DNA of 64,000 nt from Mytilus trossulus. Taxonomy: Eukaryota. The stretch lies in assembly GCF_036588685.1 (NCBI RefSeq), contig NC_086373.1:34410001-34474000 (forward strand). The letters run 5' to 3'. Position 1 is the stretch's first letter. Each line of letters starts with the position of its first letter. Position numbers and translations under genes: made by a program. Below are positions 62,871 through 64,000 of the stretch, piece after piece. Below the pieces are notes generated by a model that was not told where the DNA came from, made no database searches, and saw nothing but the letters and a program-made list of their open reading frames with translations.

Positions 62871-64000
62871 GACCTATGTTCTCTCACTATCAGACGAGAC
62901 ATCAGATAGCACCTTTCCATTTTCCAAAGCCTACTAAGAGTTCACCCGTCCTCAAACTAAAATCTCCAAAAAAAATATGTATAAAGACTGCAATAATGAA
63001 TTGTGTCGATGTAATTCCTTTATCAAATCAACTCCAATCAAATCCTGAATTGCTTTATCTTCTAAATCTTTATGGTCTTAATGAATTCATTTTTGCTCAA
63101 TAAAACATTATCTGGTTCTTTGATTTAATGTTTTTGATACCCAAACTCACTTATCTTTTATAATAAAAAAGAAATATGAATAATTTTCAAAAAAATCTAA
63201 TGAATTTTTCACTCTATTTTTAACGTTTTAACTCAGAGTATCCGATTCATACTCTCATGAAAACTGCCAAAATTGTCTACAATTTATACCTTAAGAACAA
63301 ATAAGATAGAATAAGATATAACAGTGCATCCCTCTTTAAACCGTTTTTTTTTTGGCCTAGAATCTGTGAAATCTTCTTAAAAGAAGTTTCTACAAAATTC
63401 GATTTTCTTAAACCACATGGGGTTTTCTATACTTTAGTATTTCGGTGTTATTTTTGAAATTTTGTCCCCGAAACTTTATTTGTTCACGCTTGATGGGCTC
63501 TTGGTCAGTGGCATCCATTTGGATGGATAGCAGTTTAACTTTCAGTGACAAATACAATACATATTTAGGACGAAAACATGTTAAATGCAAAATATTTTTG
63601 CAAAACAGTATGATCCTTGCTTTTCAAACCTACACACTGAACCAAACTTTTGAGTTAACAAGGTAATAGTCCACAGAGATACCTTTTGCATTTCCCAGAA
63701 ACATTAATCTGCTGATTCGAAGCGGACCTGTCTTTTTCTCTTATTCCTTATGCCGTCTAAAAGTAAACACAAAATTCTATTGTTTGCTATCCGTCACAGT
63801 TGGAAACTTTTTGTTCCATATGGTATTCACGCCGTCTTGAATTTATTACGTAACAAATATTGGTGGTCATTGTTGCTCATGATTTAAAGAAAGATAAAAT
63901 TGGCTAGAATGATATATAGAGTTGGAACATTTCGCTGTCAGGAAAATATATTTCGTGAACAAAAATACAGTATGGGAATTAACGTTCTGATACGATACTA

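Larger units (their letters stand above)
53560..63350. repeat. Old degenerate tandem array, about five copies of a 1.6-2.9 kb unit with secondary insertions
   Basis: Markers recur in the same order: (c)aataaaaca at about 54610, 57421, 59421, 60988 and 63099; tgtacccgat at about 54464, 57322, 59318 and 60889; ttatcctta...tggga at about 53588, 58328 and 60560. Local extra duplications occur at 56300-57300. Confidence 0.85.

Noticed and set aside
43992-63666. Many 60-103 aa ORFs in the ORF track
   Set aside because: They fall in SINEs, MITEs or AT-rich repeat DNA and show no protein motifs or exon structure.

Overview
AT-rich, intron-containing animal DNA; the repeat families look like those of a bivalve mollusc (Mytilus-like), which is an inference. 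Three spliced genes can be rebuilt from GT-AG boundaries. (1) The 5' five coding exons of MAPK15/ERK7-8 (- strand, running off the left edge). (2) Head-to-head with it, a predicted chimeric gene (+ strand, about 394 aa) in which a tankyrase ankyrin-repeat-cluster-4 (ARC4) exon cassette splices in frame to a GNAT acetyltransferase exon instead of ARC5/SAM/PARP. This is the best candidate for an undescribed system. (3) A complete 8-exon secreted, probably GPI-anchored alpha-carbonic anhydrase (- strand, 302 aa). MAPK15 intron 1 holds an intact Merlin (IS1595/ISXO2-like) transposase and a divergent broken accessory ORF. That ORF is interrupted by a 1027-bp poly(A)-tailed, TSD-flanked retroposed element with a 282-aa ORF and no RT, whose leader resembles a histone H4/H2A mRNA 5' end. 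The rest is repeats: a five-deep nested MITE stack, hammerhead-ribozyme retrozymes (with a candidate second motif in the opposite polarity), SINEs, Helentron-like elements, foldback hairpin elements, and a roughly 10-kb decayed tandem array whose unit carries a DIRS/Ngaro gag-like relic. All gene models are manual predictions without transcript evidence.
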